Notes under the pieces: generated by a model
Told to the model about the DNA's origin: nothing
The model's database searches: none
Seen by the model: the letters and a program-made list of their open reading frames with translations, nothing else
Assembly (NCBI RefSeq): GCF_038025025.1
Contig: NW_027117342.1
Location: 1,240,001 to 1,304,000 of the forward strand
Direction: 5' to 3'
Length of the DNA stretch: 64,000 nt
DNA from: Phyllosticta citribraziliensis
Taxonomy: Eukaryota
Position numbers and translations under genes: made by a program
Part shown: one piece after another, positions 12,321 to 25,433 of the stretch
Layout of the letters: the number at the start of each line of letters is the position of its first letter
Numbering within the stretch: the stretch's first letter is position 1

Positions 12321-14086
12321 ATGGCCACATACTTGACATTCTCCTCTTTACTCACCATTGTACCGGCACTGATACTTCTTTGGTTCGCTGCAGTTGCTGT
12401 ATACCGATTGACTCTACACCCACTTGCTGTAATTCCAGGACCAAAGCGAGCAGCAGTCTCAACGCTATACGAAAAATGGCACAATGCTGTCAGACGAGGC
12501 CGGTACTTCCTGATATGGGAACAGATGCACGAGGACTACGGCAAGTTGTAGACAGACCAATATCTCTCAGACCAAGATCTCTCAGACCAACTAATAATTA
12601 CGCTGCAGGACCTGTCGTGCGCATCAATCCGAATGAAGTCCACATTCGAGATCCGGACTACTTTGATGTGCTATTTAGCCACAATATGAAAATAGACAAA
12701 GACCCGTTCGTCTATACGCTAGCATTTTCAAACGCACCGTCCGCCTTCGCCACTATGTCTGCTCCCCACCATCGCGTCCGGCGTAATGCGATGAACAAAT
12801 TCTTCTCCAGCAAAGCTATTGATGGCTACGAACCTTACGTCCAAGCCACCTTCGACAAGATGATCGAGCGGCTAGACACTTACCGCAAGACTGGCGAAGT
12901 AGTCCGAATGACCGCCGCATTCAAGGCCTTTGCCATGGACGTAGTCTCTCACTTCACACTGGGCCATTCTCGAAACTACCTTGACGAGCCAGACTTGGGC
13001 CATCGCTTCCAGTTTGCCCAGCTCGCGACCACAAGCCTGATGCACTGGAACCGAGTATCGATGAGGCTGGTCGGAATTTTCAAACGGCTTCCCATGTGGA
13101 TGACTCCCATCCTGACCGAAGCGCCCGACGCCGTCTTCCAGGATACCCACGGGGCGCTGGATCCGCGAAAGCTGACCGACACCGAAACGAGACTCATGAC
13201 GGACGCCTTAAACATTGCCAAAACGGCAAACAAGGTCGCCTCCAGCGCCCCAGTCGATCTCAAAGACTCCGACTTCCCCTCTGAAACCTCAGGACACGTC
13301 TCCCTCATAGAATTCCTCCACGCATCGTCTCTCCCGCCGGCCGAACGCACTGCCGACCGCCTCATAAACGAAGCACATTCGATGCTAGGAGCAGGTGTTG
13401 ACACTTTGTCCAACATCTTCATTCAGTTTGTGTACGAGATGCTGTCGGCGCCGCGCTCGCGCTTCTTGGAGCCTCTGTTCACGGAGCTCCGCGAAGCCGA
13501 AGCAAAGCTGTCGTCTCCTTCTGACCTGATTCCCGCTCGCACCGCCGAAAAGCTGCCCTACCTCAACGCCTGCGTCCGTGAATCCATGCGCTTAATTCCC
13601 GCCGTCCACAGCCGCCTGCCGCGCGTCAACCCGCACGAGACGATGACATACCCCGCGACTCCGCCAACGGCCGCCGACAGCAAAGGGGAGAAGCAGCAGC
13701 GAGCCTACCGCTTCCCGCCCGGCACCATCATGTCGATGAGCCTCACGGACCTGGCGTTCGACGCGGAAGCCTTCGGACCGGACGCGCGATCGTTTCGGCC
13801 CGAGCGATGGCTGCCAGAAGCGGGCGGCGCGGCGCCGGGCTCGCCGCAGTGGGCGCGCATGGAGCGCTGCTTCGTGCCGTTCAGCAGGGGCGCGCGCTCC
13901 TGCATCAGCCACGAGCTGGCCAAGCGCGAGCTCTACATCGTCTGCGCAAACCTCTTTCGCCGCCTGCCTGGCCTCGAGCTGTTCGAGACGACGCGCAGCG
14001 ACGTCGAGCCCGCGTTTGAGCTGTTTGGCCCCGTGCCGTGGGAGGGCAGCCGTGGGCTGCGTGTCAAGGTCAGGGATGTCGAGTAA
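12321..14086 (+). CDS. Cytochrome P450 (trichodiene-oxygenase/CYP58-clan-like); first intron GC-AG at 12541-12608
   Basis: N-terminal TM, HPLAVIPGPK, HEDYG|PVVRINPNEVHI, AGVDT, ESMR, FRPERW, FSRGARSCISHELA. Confidence 0.9.
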
Positions 14087-14634
14087 AGGAATGGTTCTCG
14101 TTGGCTTTTTGTGTGTGGTGGGTGCGTGCTTCTTGGTGGATGTTGTTGTCGTGAGAATCGTTACCCCTTCCGACCCCTGCCAGGCCATGATTCAGGGGGC
14201 GCTTTTGGTCGCGGACGTCGCCCCGAAGCGAGCCGCCCGCTCGTCCCGAACGCGGACGGGGAGCTCGGAAGGAAGCGAGAAGAGGGGTCAAGGGGTTATT
14301 GGGATCTTCGTGCCGCGGGGTATTCACCAAGTTGGGATCAGCAGTTGGTGGTGTGCGATCAGATCGGCAGAAGGGGTGGAGGGGTAGACTGTTAGACATG
14401 ACGGCCAGGTGGGGTTGCTTGATTTTTTCATCACTTCTCTATATTTGGGGACTTGCCGCCAAGTCTTTTCACGAATTGACAAAATTGGTTGGGTCATCGG
14501 AAATGGTTCCTCATTATTAGTCTATCTTTTTTCTCTCTCTTCACCATCATGCTCTATGCAGTACCTATCATAATGATCCCGTCAAATGCCCAAGATGAAT
14601 GCCGCTCAAGAAAAGGAAATGGCTCAGACTCTTT

Positions 14635-16140
14635 TCATGTCAAGTCGAGTCCAGGGGGTATTTTAGTTGGAGTAGTGGGCGACCTTGCCCGAGTACTCGG
14701 GCCAGCCGTACTTGTTAAGGTCGGCATTGTCGGCCTGGTCAGCGCCCCAGGCACCGACGTCCTGGACGTAGTGCTGGAAGTGCTCCTCCTGGGAGAGGTC
14801 GGCGGAGACCTCGTCCTTGCCAATCTGCTTCATGTGCATACCTGAGACAGAGCGAGTCAGCTATGATTCGGGATGGGGGATTATTTCAATTCAGGAGTGT
14901 GTCACTTACCGGCAGCGATGGTGTTCATCAGGTAGTCACCAGGGTCACCCTTCTGGATGATGGCGCCCTTGATCTCGCCAGAGAGGATCTTCTTGGCAAA
15001 GTCAGACTCCTGGCAAGCAGGGCGGCCGACAGCGACAGCATCGACGGTGCCAAGGCACTTGACCATGGCGCCGACGGTGCGGAGGCCACCGACGAGGTAG
15101 GTCTTGGTCTTGGTGAAGTTGGGGGCAATGAGCTGAGCAAACTCGAAGAAGTAGGCCTCGCGCTTCTTGGTCGAGTCGCGCTTGTTGTGGAGGAAGCCCA
15201 GGTCCTCGTACGAACCACCGGAGATCTCAACGAAGTCAAAGGTGGCGTCCTCCAAAACCTTGCAGAGCTTCTTGGCCTCCTCGGCCTGGAAGTCCTTGTC
15301 CTGGAACTCGGTGCTGTTGACCTTGATGCCCATGACGAAACCAGGGCCAGTGCGGGCGCGGACAGCCGCGGCGATCTCGGTAAGGATGCGAGCGCGGTTC
15401 TCAATGGAACCACCGTACTTGTCAGTACGCTTGTTGGTCTCAGGGTTCAGGAACTGGGCGAGGAGGTAGCCGTGGGCGGAGTGGACCTGGATACCGCTGT
15501 AGCCGGCCTTCTGGCAGTACTCGGCGGTGTGGGCGTAACCCTCGATGATGCCGTCAATGTCCTCCTGGGTGGCAGGACGGGGCTTGCCGAAGTTCATGCC
15601 CATGACCTGCTTCTCGATCTGGACATCACTGGCAGAGATGGGGTTGGGCTGGATGGCATCCCTATCGCACTGTTAGATTCTTGCTGCAAGCGGTTTTCAA
15701 CTCTTGAGAACCTACCAAACCTGACGGCCAGCGTGGCTGACCTGGGTCAGGATCAGGGAGCCCTCCTTCTTGGCGCCCTCGGCCATCTCCTTGAAAGCCT
15801 CGAAGCGGGGGCCCTCGAAGGGAGCGTCCTTGGGAATGATGGGGTTACCCATGGCCTCGAGGTGCTCAGGCTCGAAGAAGGTGTTGCCAGTGACAATGAC
15901 TCCGTAGCCACCCTCGCCCCATCTCCTGTAGAGGTTGATCAGGGTCTTGGAGGGGATACCGCGGGACGCAACATCCTTGTAGTTCCACGACGAGATGCGC
16001 TCAGTCAGAGGAGCCTTGAGGAAGCGGTTCTTGGCGGTGACGCCAGAGAACTCGAACTTGAGGGGCTGGGCCAGAGGCGTGGGGTCCGCGGGCTCAGACT
16101 CGAAGCGAGGAGCGTTGGTGAAGGCGGCGGAGGTAGACAT
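14635..16140 (-). CDS. NADH:flavin oxidoreductase (Old Yellow Enzyme family), 3 exons
   Basis: KNRFLKAPLTER, QVSHAGRQ, GIQVHSAHGYLLAQFL..TNKRTDKYGGSIENRAR, ELSGG-like EISGGSYE. Confidence 0.93.
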
Positions 16141-18651
16141 GGTGAAGATGTTGTCGAGGGTGGTGAGGGAGATGGAGCTTCCAGAAGGGCGGCCGGCGCA
16201 GTATTTACGATGAACCCAACGCCAGTGCGTAGTCCGACCAGTGGGTCATTGATAATGCCATGAGGTTTCATTTGGGTGAATGCTAGAGAGGTGGCACGGG
16301 AATAACCCCAATTCGAGCCAGAGGGCTGACTGTGCTGGGGTCCAGCATTATTCACAGCAAAGTCGAGCTCGAGCTCTGGTGAATGGGACCAAAGACGACG
16401 AATCAAGACCTTTTCCGAGCTTAGCGCCGTCGTCACTACTTCCTGGGGCAGCACGTGTATTCGTTGGAACTGAAGCCTTATCTTGGCGGCGTGAACAATA
16501 GGAGATGGAAGAGTCCAGGCTGTGCGTCCGAGAGGGGAACTCAGGGGGAACATTGGGTTTCGCGCGAGTCACGAGTCGTGTGAGCCGCCCCAAGAGCCGC
16601 AAAATCGTCCTCTCCCGAGCGTTGGGCGGATGGACCGAGCCGCGTGAAGCGTCGGACGAATTCACGGGCGTTCTTGAGCGCGCGTCTCTGCCCCCTGTTG
16701 ACCCCCTTCTTCTGAACGCACAACGTTTGCCAGCAGAGGTGGTACGATCCGACAGTGACCTGAGACGCCGCTTACCACGGGATCGACACTCGGATCGGCT
16801 CACCGACCTGCATCCGGGCCGCATCGAAGCTTCTTCGAAAAGCCGTCCGTCACCCGCTCCAAAACATGCAGCCGCCACCCGTCTGCGCCGCTCATTTTCT
16901 TCTCTTTTTTTTTGCGGGTCTTATCACCTTCTTCGCTGTGGCAAGTGGTCTCTCACAATCTATGATGGCGAAATCTTTCATATTTTCTGGACGAGGAAGA
17001 ATTTTTGTCAATGCTCTCCTCTCTCCCGGGAAGAACCCGCGTCCAGGCAAGCAGCTGCAGCCGCAGAACCACCGAGTCTACTGATGGCTGGATACGCGGC
17101 AGGGTGTGTTTGGTCTGGCATCGGTTCGAGTTTGTGGCGTTGGTGACGATGCTTGTGGCTTCCTGAAGACCCTCAATGCCGCAGCCAAGTGGGTCCAACT
17201 GCCAGTCGTTTGCCAGCTCGCCACGTGTACTCCAAACGAATGAAATGGCAGTTTTAGTCTTTGTGAGGGAAGACTCTGATGGGTACCCTGCCATCATTGC
17301 ATTTCGAGGTAACAGGGCTGACGGGATGGTCGTTTTGGAAGGTGGTGAGGTCCATTCAAGGTAAAGTTGGCCATCTTCCCCACAGAAGACATGCCACAGA
17401 GGGGCTCTTCTCCGCTCCCGATGTTCAGGGTTGATAGTCAGGGTTCTCGAAAGGCCAAAAAGGGGAACCAGCAACTGCCTAGGTTGGAAGTCAATGCGCC
17501 GATCGCAAATCTGGTCTGTGATATCTGGAATCAGTCCCGAACACCCGACAGCTTGCCAATCTGTCTTCAGTCAAGATGGAAATGGCATGTTGTCAGTCCG
17601 GGAGTCTTCTTCAGTTCTCGCCCTCTTTCCTTTGGATTCCGCCAATGTCAATCGCCTCTTCGAATGGGCTGCTCCGGCATCCTTGCGTGGCCCGACTTCC
17701 CAAAGCCGCATCTGCTGAAGACATTCCTCGTGTCTGTTGACATCAAGCTTATGTTCCGAACCGGCTGAGGTTTCATGGTAGCATTGAGCCTTCATGTCTG
17801 GATTTGATCCTGGTTCCTGGACAACCTCAAAATCTACGGGCACATTGACCCCAAGGCAATCGGCCGGTCGCTTAGCCCTACCGTTGGTGTCAGTGTTTAC
17901 CAAACCACACAAGTGCGACCATGTCCAGCATTCTCGCCAAAATACGAGAACCTCATTCCGCAATGAACATGACCTTTCGTCGACTCTTTGTCTGCCCGGG
18001 CGTCTAGAACCAATGGTCTCCACAATGGCGCCATTCCAACGTCAACACGACAGTCGTCAAGCCAGACGTCCAGAGTTTGTTTAGAAAGATTCGGGGCGGC
18101 GGACCGCAAACGAAGCAGTCGCAATAAACAAACGGTGTAAACGGGCGTCAAAACGTTTCAAAGTCGAAATAGCGAGTCCTGGACATCAGCATAATATGCT
18201 CAATCTCACTCAAAAAGCGAATTCCCAAGCCAGGAAGCTTGGCTGTGGTACCCGCAGCGCGCGCGCCATTGGCCGAGCAGGCGACAGAGAAAAATTGAGG
18301 GCATATTGTAAATTGGACTTGTTGAATGGCAAACAATTTTCCGTCTGACCATGGGCCTTTTTGCTGTCACCGCCAGGGCCCGAGTCCAATCAAGTCACCA
18401 TTTCGGCCTGTACGTGGCAGAGCCGGCGGCTGCCAAGGAATGCTTTTGAAATGTTGGTGCTGAAAACAGAAGAGGCGGTTGCAATTGTGCGACCTTCGTA
18501 CCTGCAGGCAGCTTCTGGACAACTGTTTGCCTGTCAGCGGGAAGGTGCAGGGGAGACAGTCGTGGGAGTATTTAAGAGTTGCTGTGCTGTGCTGGACATG
18601 GCCTCGGCAGGTGCTCGCTCAAGCCATCGATCCTGGTCCTGGAGATTGAAG

Positions 18652-19514
18652 ATGCGTCTTCCAATTCTGTTCTCGCTGTTGGCCTCCAGCATGGCGGTTC
18701 CGTTGGAGCGAAGAGACGAGAAGGATTCCCGTGGTAAAATGTACTATCCTTACCTTGAATATGTCCACTGACCACTGCAGAACAAAACATCGTTGCGGTT
18801 GCAAACCCACCAGTTCACTACTCAGTCATCCTCTTCCCCGCCTTCGATGCGCTGGATGTCATCGGGCCCGTCGAAGTCCTCGGCCATCTTGCAAGATCAT
18901 TCCAAATTACCGTCTCTTTCATCACGACCGCATCGTCTGCATCATCGCTCAACAACTCCTCTCGCAATGCGTCGCTCACACCTGTGTCGACAAGAACCCG
19001 AGCCGCGTCGATGAACCCGTTCAACAGCAGCGCCTTCGTCTCAATCCCACCGACGCACAGCTTGACTGACCCGCCCGCGCAAATCGACGCGCTCATCGTG
19101 CCCGGCGGCGCTGGAACGCGTGCCCCCGACCTCACACCCACGATATCCTTCGTCGCCTCGACGTTTGCGCGCCTGCAGTACCTGCTGACGGTGTGCACCG
19201 GGGCGGGCATCGCCGCGCGAGCTGGCGTGCTGGACGGGCGGCGCGCGACGACGAACAAGAAATCGTGGAACGAGACGACGGCGCTGCGGCCGCAGGGTCC
19301 GCTGTGGGAGCGCAGCGCGCGCTGGACCGAGGACGGCAACGTTTGGACTTCGGGCGGCGTGGCGGCGGGCATCGACATGATGCTTGGGTTTGTGGCCAGG
19401 ACGTATGGAGGCGCAGTGGCGAGGAGTATCGCGCTGGATATGGAGTATGAGTGGCGCGATGATGGGAGCTGGGACGCGTTTGCGTATGCGCAGGATATGG
19501 CAGATGCGGAATGA
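18652..19514 (+). CDS. DJ-1/PfpI family, isonitrile (isocyanide) hydratase-like protein with predicted signal peptide; intron 18734-18780
   Basis: Spliced product MRLPILFSLLASSMAVPLERRDEKDSR|EQNIVAVANPPVHYSVILFPAFDALDVIGPVEVL..ALIVPGGAGTR..TVCTGA..DGNVWTSGGVAAGID..IALDMEY. Confidence 0.85.
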
Positions 19515-19875
19515 TCGGAAAACTGATCCTGCAATGCCACGTCCAAAGGTAAGCGAAAGAATCCTGGAGAAGACGCAAGGATCGCAAGGCAAGACGCGTG
19601 GAAATGAAAAGGTCAGGAACATTTTCGCCATGCAAGGTTGTCTTGCGGTTGTGGCTGCGGCGAGAAGCGCCTAGATGCGTAGCCGCTTGTACCACACAAC
19701 CAAGACGCGCAGATAGGGGAAACAGGGTGAGACCACTCAACGTGCTCCAGGACTCCAGTAGATTGCAGTAAAGAAGGGTGAATATTGAAGCAAAAACAAA
19801 CAGATGTCCCCCAGCTGAAAATGCCACTCAAATCGCACGCGCTAGATTACTTTCCCAATACCATGCTTATAAGAA

Positions 19876-21603
19876 TCAAACAGGCTGCACCGCCCGGCTG
19901 TTGTGCGGGAACATGGGCGGCGAGCGACCACCCATCGCAATCTCATTCACCTGGACCAGAGCACTGCCGGTCTTCTCGTCGTTGACAGCCGGCAGCAGCG
20001 CACTGGCATCGATCGTAACCAGCACTCTTTTTTGCGTCAAAGCAAAGTGCCCGCCGGTCTCCGTCTCGACCCACTGGCCCTCGAACAGACCGTCGTCAAT
20101 GGCCTTGTGCGCCGCCCGCGCCTTGACGAGATATGGCGCCGCCTCGCCGTCAATGTAGACGAGGCAGTTGTGCCACGCCGTCGGTGTGTGGTACTCGTCG
20201 AGAGAGACCTGAGCGCCACAGGAGGCGAGGTCCTCGACTACGCGGACCGACTGCTTGGGGAACAGTCGAATGCCAAATTTCGGGCCCGAGTTGTCGTGCG
20301 CGTGGATCGAGAGGCGAATGTGGGAGGGGAAAAGCAGCTCGACGAGGTTGCTATATGCGTAGTTTCGGATAATCATGACCTTGGCAACGCGAGAGATGAT
20401 CCTTTTCCGCTGGTTGGAGCCTTTGCTAGCAAAGCTCTTGTTGTGTGCCAAGTCGTCAGACATGAACTTCATCAAGCCACGATATAACTTGAGTGTGGGG
20501 ACGTCTTGCGCGGCGACCATCTCGAGAAGGGCGGTCTCGTCGATTTGGCCCACGGCCATCATCAACTTGCGGCACAGTTCGGCCTCTTCCGAGATTGTTG
20601 ATGCGATCGGATGTTCGAGCTGCATCGATTCGGTCCACTCGGGCTTGAAGCTGGCGGTGACATCCTTGTTCCCGAAGAAGATTTCGGTAAGTGAAGTGAA
20701 TTGGATGCTGGAGAAATCCTCGCCAGCGGCGCTTGCGCGGCGATGCATCTGTTTCAAGGCTTCGCCGTATATGTCGACATTTTCATCCCGTACACCAACT
20801 GCCAAAAGTGTCAGACTCCAGAATGAACGTGACGTCCAGGGTTACTTACGCAAGTCGGAGAACACATGACCATCGCTGACAATCAACAGCGTAGCACCGG
20901 GATGGTAAACGTCGGCAACAGCTCTCGTGAAATCCCTCAAGGTCGAAAGAGCAAGATACTCTGCCCTGTCCGGATACATTCCACTTGTCTTTTCGGGATT
21001 CGGCGACTTGCAAGGAAACGCTGGCAGGCAGAGGTCGATGGGCAAGCCCCTGGCGACAAAGTCCAAGATGCGCTCTTCAAAGTAGTTACGACCAGCATTG
21101 TACCATTGGTCATTGGGAGCGATATTGCGCAGTTTGCGGTTGAAGATGTCGGTGACCAAGCGCGTGGTCCTAATGGCGCTGCGGGAGACCATCGTTTCGG
21201 GAGGTGGCAGGAGTCGAGTTTCAGACAAGACGAAGAACTCGGCCCAGGTTAGGAGGTCTTTGCTAGTGGAGTCGAAATCGGAGCGGATGGTAAACAGTCC
21301 CAAGATCATATCGCTCTCAGGATATCGCATCTCGAGAGACCATAGCGATTCTCCGTCTCCAATGTCCAAATCGTCAAGAGATTTCTCAACGACGCGCTTG
21401 GAGCTGACAATTTTGCCGGAAGGCAACTCGACCTGATTATCTTGTTGAGCGGCGTCGACCACGTGGTGTTGAATGCTTGGCCACGTCTTTTTGATGGTTG
21501 CGGAACTCCTGCCTTCCGCTGAAAGCAAAGTGCCGTCCTGGTGCCGCCAGTAAAAGGCCTGAATGGTGTGGTACACCGAGGAACCGCTGTTGAGGGAAGG
21601 CAT
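19876..21603 (-). CDS. DIT1: Isocyanide synthase, DIT1/PvcA (pyoverdine/dityrosine biosynthesis) family; intron 20799-20849
   Basis: LPAFPCKSPN, IVSDGHVFSDL|LGV, AYSNLVELLFPSHIRLSIHAHDNSGPKFGI, TPTAWHN. Confidence 0.93.
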
Positions 21604-22456
21604 GATTAAGAATTAGAGGAAGCAATGAGAAGAGTAGTCTTTGGATCTCGCTTGACTGAATGCAGCTGAACTGTTGATGCGGTTGTGATGCTGCAGAGCC
21701 ACAGCTCAGGAGGGGACTTTTATACGATATAGGAGAGACAGCTGACAGTCGGTGATAGAGACTTGAAGTCGGATGCGAGAAGAGTTGTCGCCTGAGCGAT
21801 GCGACGAGTCCACGGCAGTTCGTTGGCACTGCCCTACTCGAACGGCAACTTCGAGACCGCGCCGCACGCAGTCATCCACAAAAGATCCAGGTATCAGCCA
21901 GCGAGGGGGCCAAGGCTAGACGATGATTCGAAATAGGTCACTGAGCCGGAAAGACCGACTGAGGCTCAGTTGATGACTGCGGTATTTGCGAACCCTACCC
22001 TATGCAGCAGGGCGTAAGAGGTGGGAAAACTCGACATGGCGGTGGCCGATGGATCAGGGCCTTGTGCATGGAAGCACGGTTGTTTTGGTATCAATCAAAC
22101 AGGTCCACACAGCGTGAGAATTAGTGAGATTCCCTATCTTGGATCCGGGGGCGCACGTAAGGAAGGTAGCTGGATGTAGGTACAGCTAGTTGGCCGAAGC
22201 TGTTAGCCGGGCTTGGCGCTGCAAAGGGGTGCACCAAACGTTCGGCCTCCAACTCCACCACTGCGAAACATCCCTGGCACCGCCCATGATTGCCAAGAGT
22301 CTCGCGTTATACCACTCTAAATTTGGTGTCTTCTTCCCGATCTCGTGTTGCAGCAAGTTGTCGCGACTCGCGAATATTGAACGACTGCCTTTCCAGTGAG
22401 CTCGATATGAATGTGTCTGCAGCTTGATTCCACTTGCCCTTAGAGTAGCATCCAAA
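21604..22456. promoter_or_regulatory. Divergent intergenic/promoter region shared by DIT1 and DIT2
   Basis: Head-to-head ATGs 853 bp apart; TATA-like TTTTATA near 21658-21664 upstream of DIT1. Confidence 0.6.
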
Positions 22457-23999
22457 ATGATTTCCGCGCTTGTACTTGCTTTTGCTGCGTTGGCAGCCCT
22501 CACCATTTTCCTGGCATGGGCTTTTCTGTTACCGCCGAGCGACTTTCCGAAGAACATCCCCACCATTCCGTTTTACTACACGTTGATCCCCCTGTGCCGA
22601 GACGTCGATCAGGCTACGCTTTACCGAGAGTATCTGGAAGAGCCGCTGCGAAAGTACGGTGCTGTAAAGATATTCTTCGGGGCTCGCTGGAATATCCTCG
22701 TCCAGCGGCCAAAGTACGTGGCTGAAGTCTTCAAGTATGAGGACATTTATGCGAAGAGCGGCAACCAGAAGAAGATTCCCTACAGCGTCCTCGCGGAGTA
22801 TACCGGCACCAACATCATCTCAGCCCACGGCGCCGACTGGAGGCTGTTTCGCTCTGTGATACAGCCTGGCTTGCAAGCAGACTTCAAGCCTGAACCGATC
22901 CTGAAGAATGCGCAACTCTTGTTGCAGCTGATACTCGAGGAGAATTCCAAGAAGCAGAGCGTCGTCGTTCCGCCCCTATTCCAGAGGTTTACCCTGGCAA
23001 CTTTGTCCGAAGGACTCCTCGGCACCAGCTTCCAAACTCTGCAGTCACAAAATGCACCTCTCCATCGACTCCAATTGGGTGTGAAGCGCGAAATTTTCAA
23101 ACCCCTTTTTCTCAACTTTCCATTTCTGGACCTGTTCAACGTTCCGAGCCGCCAGCGTGCGCGAATCCTCGTCAGAGACTTCACCACAGAGCTCTGCAAC
23201 ACGGTTCTCCAGAGCCATCAGCACAACTGCCATGAAAAGACCAATGAGTCGCTCGGATGCCGCATGGTGGACGCCTATCGGACGGGAATCTTGACCGAAA
23301 AGCAGTTCCGCCACAACATGATCAGCGTGTTCCTTGCCGGGCACGAGAACCCTCAGCTGCTGCTGGTCTCGACCATCTTCCTTCTTGGCGAACACCCCCA
23401 AGCCCAGGCTCGTCTACGCAGAGAAATCCTTCAGGCTGAGGGAAGCGGGACTCCCCTGCAAGACGTGCCATACTTCACCTCAATCCTTTACGAGGTCCTC
23501 AGGATGTATCCGCCCATCTCTCAGCTGATCAACCGGAAGACCACGGAGGCAGTTGTGCTCGGAGGCAACATTGCGATCCCCAAGGACACATATCTGGGGT
23601 ATAACGCATATTCCACGGGCCGAGACAAGGTCTTTTGGGGCGAAGACGCAGACGATTTCAAGCCCGAGCGGTGGGGCACCACCAATGACGAGATCAACTC
23701 CCTGTACCGCAACGCAAACAGCAAAGCAGGGTTCATCGCCTTTCATGGTGGACGCCGAGCCTGTCTGGGGCAAAAGTTTGCTCTGTTCGAGGGCCGTCTT
23801 ACGTTGGCGCTGCTGCTCAAAAATTTGCGGTGGACGATTGATCCCACCTGGCGGCGACGAATGACTCCAGTGAGTACCAGGAAGGTGTATAACCGAGAGT
23901 AAGCGCTAACATCAGATACAGGCTGGACCACTCTACCCTATGCTCTTGCGGGTAAAGTTTGAGGAATTGGAAACGGTTGCCATTGGGTCGAAAGCTTGA
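22457..23999 (+). CDS. DIT2: Cytochrome P450 CYP56 (Dit2, N-formyltyrosine oxidase / dityrosine-forming); intron 23870-23921
   Basis: FPKNIPTIPFY, YGAVKIFFGARWNILV, YAKSGNQKKIPYSVLAEYTG; atypical I-helix AGHENPQ lacking the Thr, as in CYP56; FHGGRRACLGQKFA; MTP|AGPLYP. Confidence 0.92.
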
Positions 24000-25433
24000 G
24001 TGGACGGCATTTTCCCTGGCACAAGTGGTCGTTCTATTTTCTCGTCGGGTATTGTATTTGGAAGCACTGGCCAAGAATTGGATCAGATTCTCTGCAAATG
24101 ACGTCAAGAAGCTATTCCCAAAGTCTGCTGTGAATGGATAATTTTTGCTGCTCGAGTACTTGTGTCACGCCATTTCTTGATTTCAGATCTGTTTGGTCCA
24201 AGTGAATCGAGGAATTGTGAGAACCATCTGGATGGAGTGGCTGGATTCCACAAATCTGTGCAACACACTGGGCTAATCAAACGCCAGGTGCAGGTGTGTG
24301 GGTTACGTAGACCTGGGGAGCATTCCAACGCCGGGTGGTGGCTGAGCGGGTGTCCGGTTGGGCTGCAGCCCTAGGCTTCCGCGCCCCGTCCCGTAGCGTC
24401 AACCCATTCGCGCATCGAGGTTCCGACATCTGGTCAAACGGTGTGGAGCTCGGCATGTTCAGCACCATCCTGGCGTCCCAAGAGCGCCATGTGGCGGCCC
24501 AGCGGCGAAAGCATGGGCTCTGGCCCCCGGACCACGAGACAGAGGGCTCCGACAAGACGGCGAAGGCGGCGAAAAGTAGGAGAGAGGTCGTTGAGATTTA
24601 CCGAACTCGGGCAAGCGAGCTGACGGTCGTCGGAGAGGCTGACAAGAGATGATGGTGTGAGCGGAGAAGCAGAGGGAGTTCGCCGTGGACGCGATTCATG
24701 GCTGAGGCACAGCGTGGAGTCGAGATGGTGGGTGTTGGTGGTGGACGGGAGAGACGTGAGAGTGAGAGAGAGAGGTGAGGTGGTGAGCCACGGCCGGGGG
24801 CTTGGACTGGACTGTGCTCTCCTCCTCTTCTTGGCGGGCTGTACATCTTCCAAAAACAACCCGGGCTGCGTCGACTGGCTGACACGCGTCGAGGCGGTGT
24901 ATCGCTATTGGCTGCCCGCCCTATAGCCCATGATGCTTGGCCTATACCGCCCTTAGTCGCTAAAGGTCGTCCGCAGTCTCTGCCTCCATTTCGGCCCCAG
25001 AGTGACATCCAACGACTCGACGGTAAGCACCTTTCCTTTCCTCATGCCACCTTCCCCAGCCAACAGAGTCTTCACGGTGCTGCGGTTGGTGGACAAAATT
25101 CCTCATCCTCTCCAGGCTTCAACGACAGTGGGTGCAAGACTGCAAGTGCCGAATCTCACGTTTGCTCATCTACATGCAAGTACGGTAGGCAAAATGGGAA
25201 ACATGGCCGCCCTACATCGTGTACTATTCTTGAATGCCTTCTGGGCCAATCACGGTAATTTCATCATGCGCCGTTTGTTCGACCTCACTGCACAGGGCTG
25301 AGGCACCTTGCGTCCTTTTCCTCGTGTAAGCCCTTTGCATTTCTGTCTGTCTCAATATAAAGTCTTGTTCAATGCTCTGCCCAAAGGTCAACGCACGTGC
25401 TCGCGCGTCCAGTCTCTCTCAAACTTCTCTGAA

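Noticed and set aside
14863..16263. 466-aa plus-strand ORF
   Set aside because: Antisense shadow of the strongly codon-biased OYE gene; no independent motifs.
16505..18151. 100-210 aa ORFs in the OYE/DJ-1 intergenic region (e.g. 16953-17474 minus)
   Set aside because: No motif or clear start; a degraded gene is possible, and BLASTX would be needed.
21604..22456. Copper-responsive (Mac1 TTTGCTC) or conidiation motifs in the DIT1/DIT2 promoter
   Set aside because: No Mac1 site seen; a single BrlA-like CGAGGGG is expected by chance.
24277..25008. Short ORFs and a GA-rich tract between DIT2 and the MFS gene
   Set aside because: No recognised domain; looked for a cluster transcription factor (bZIP/Zn2Cys6) and found none.
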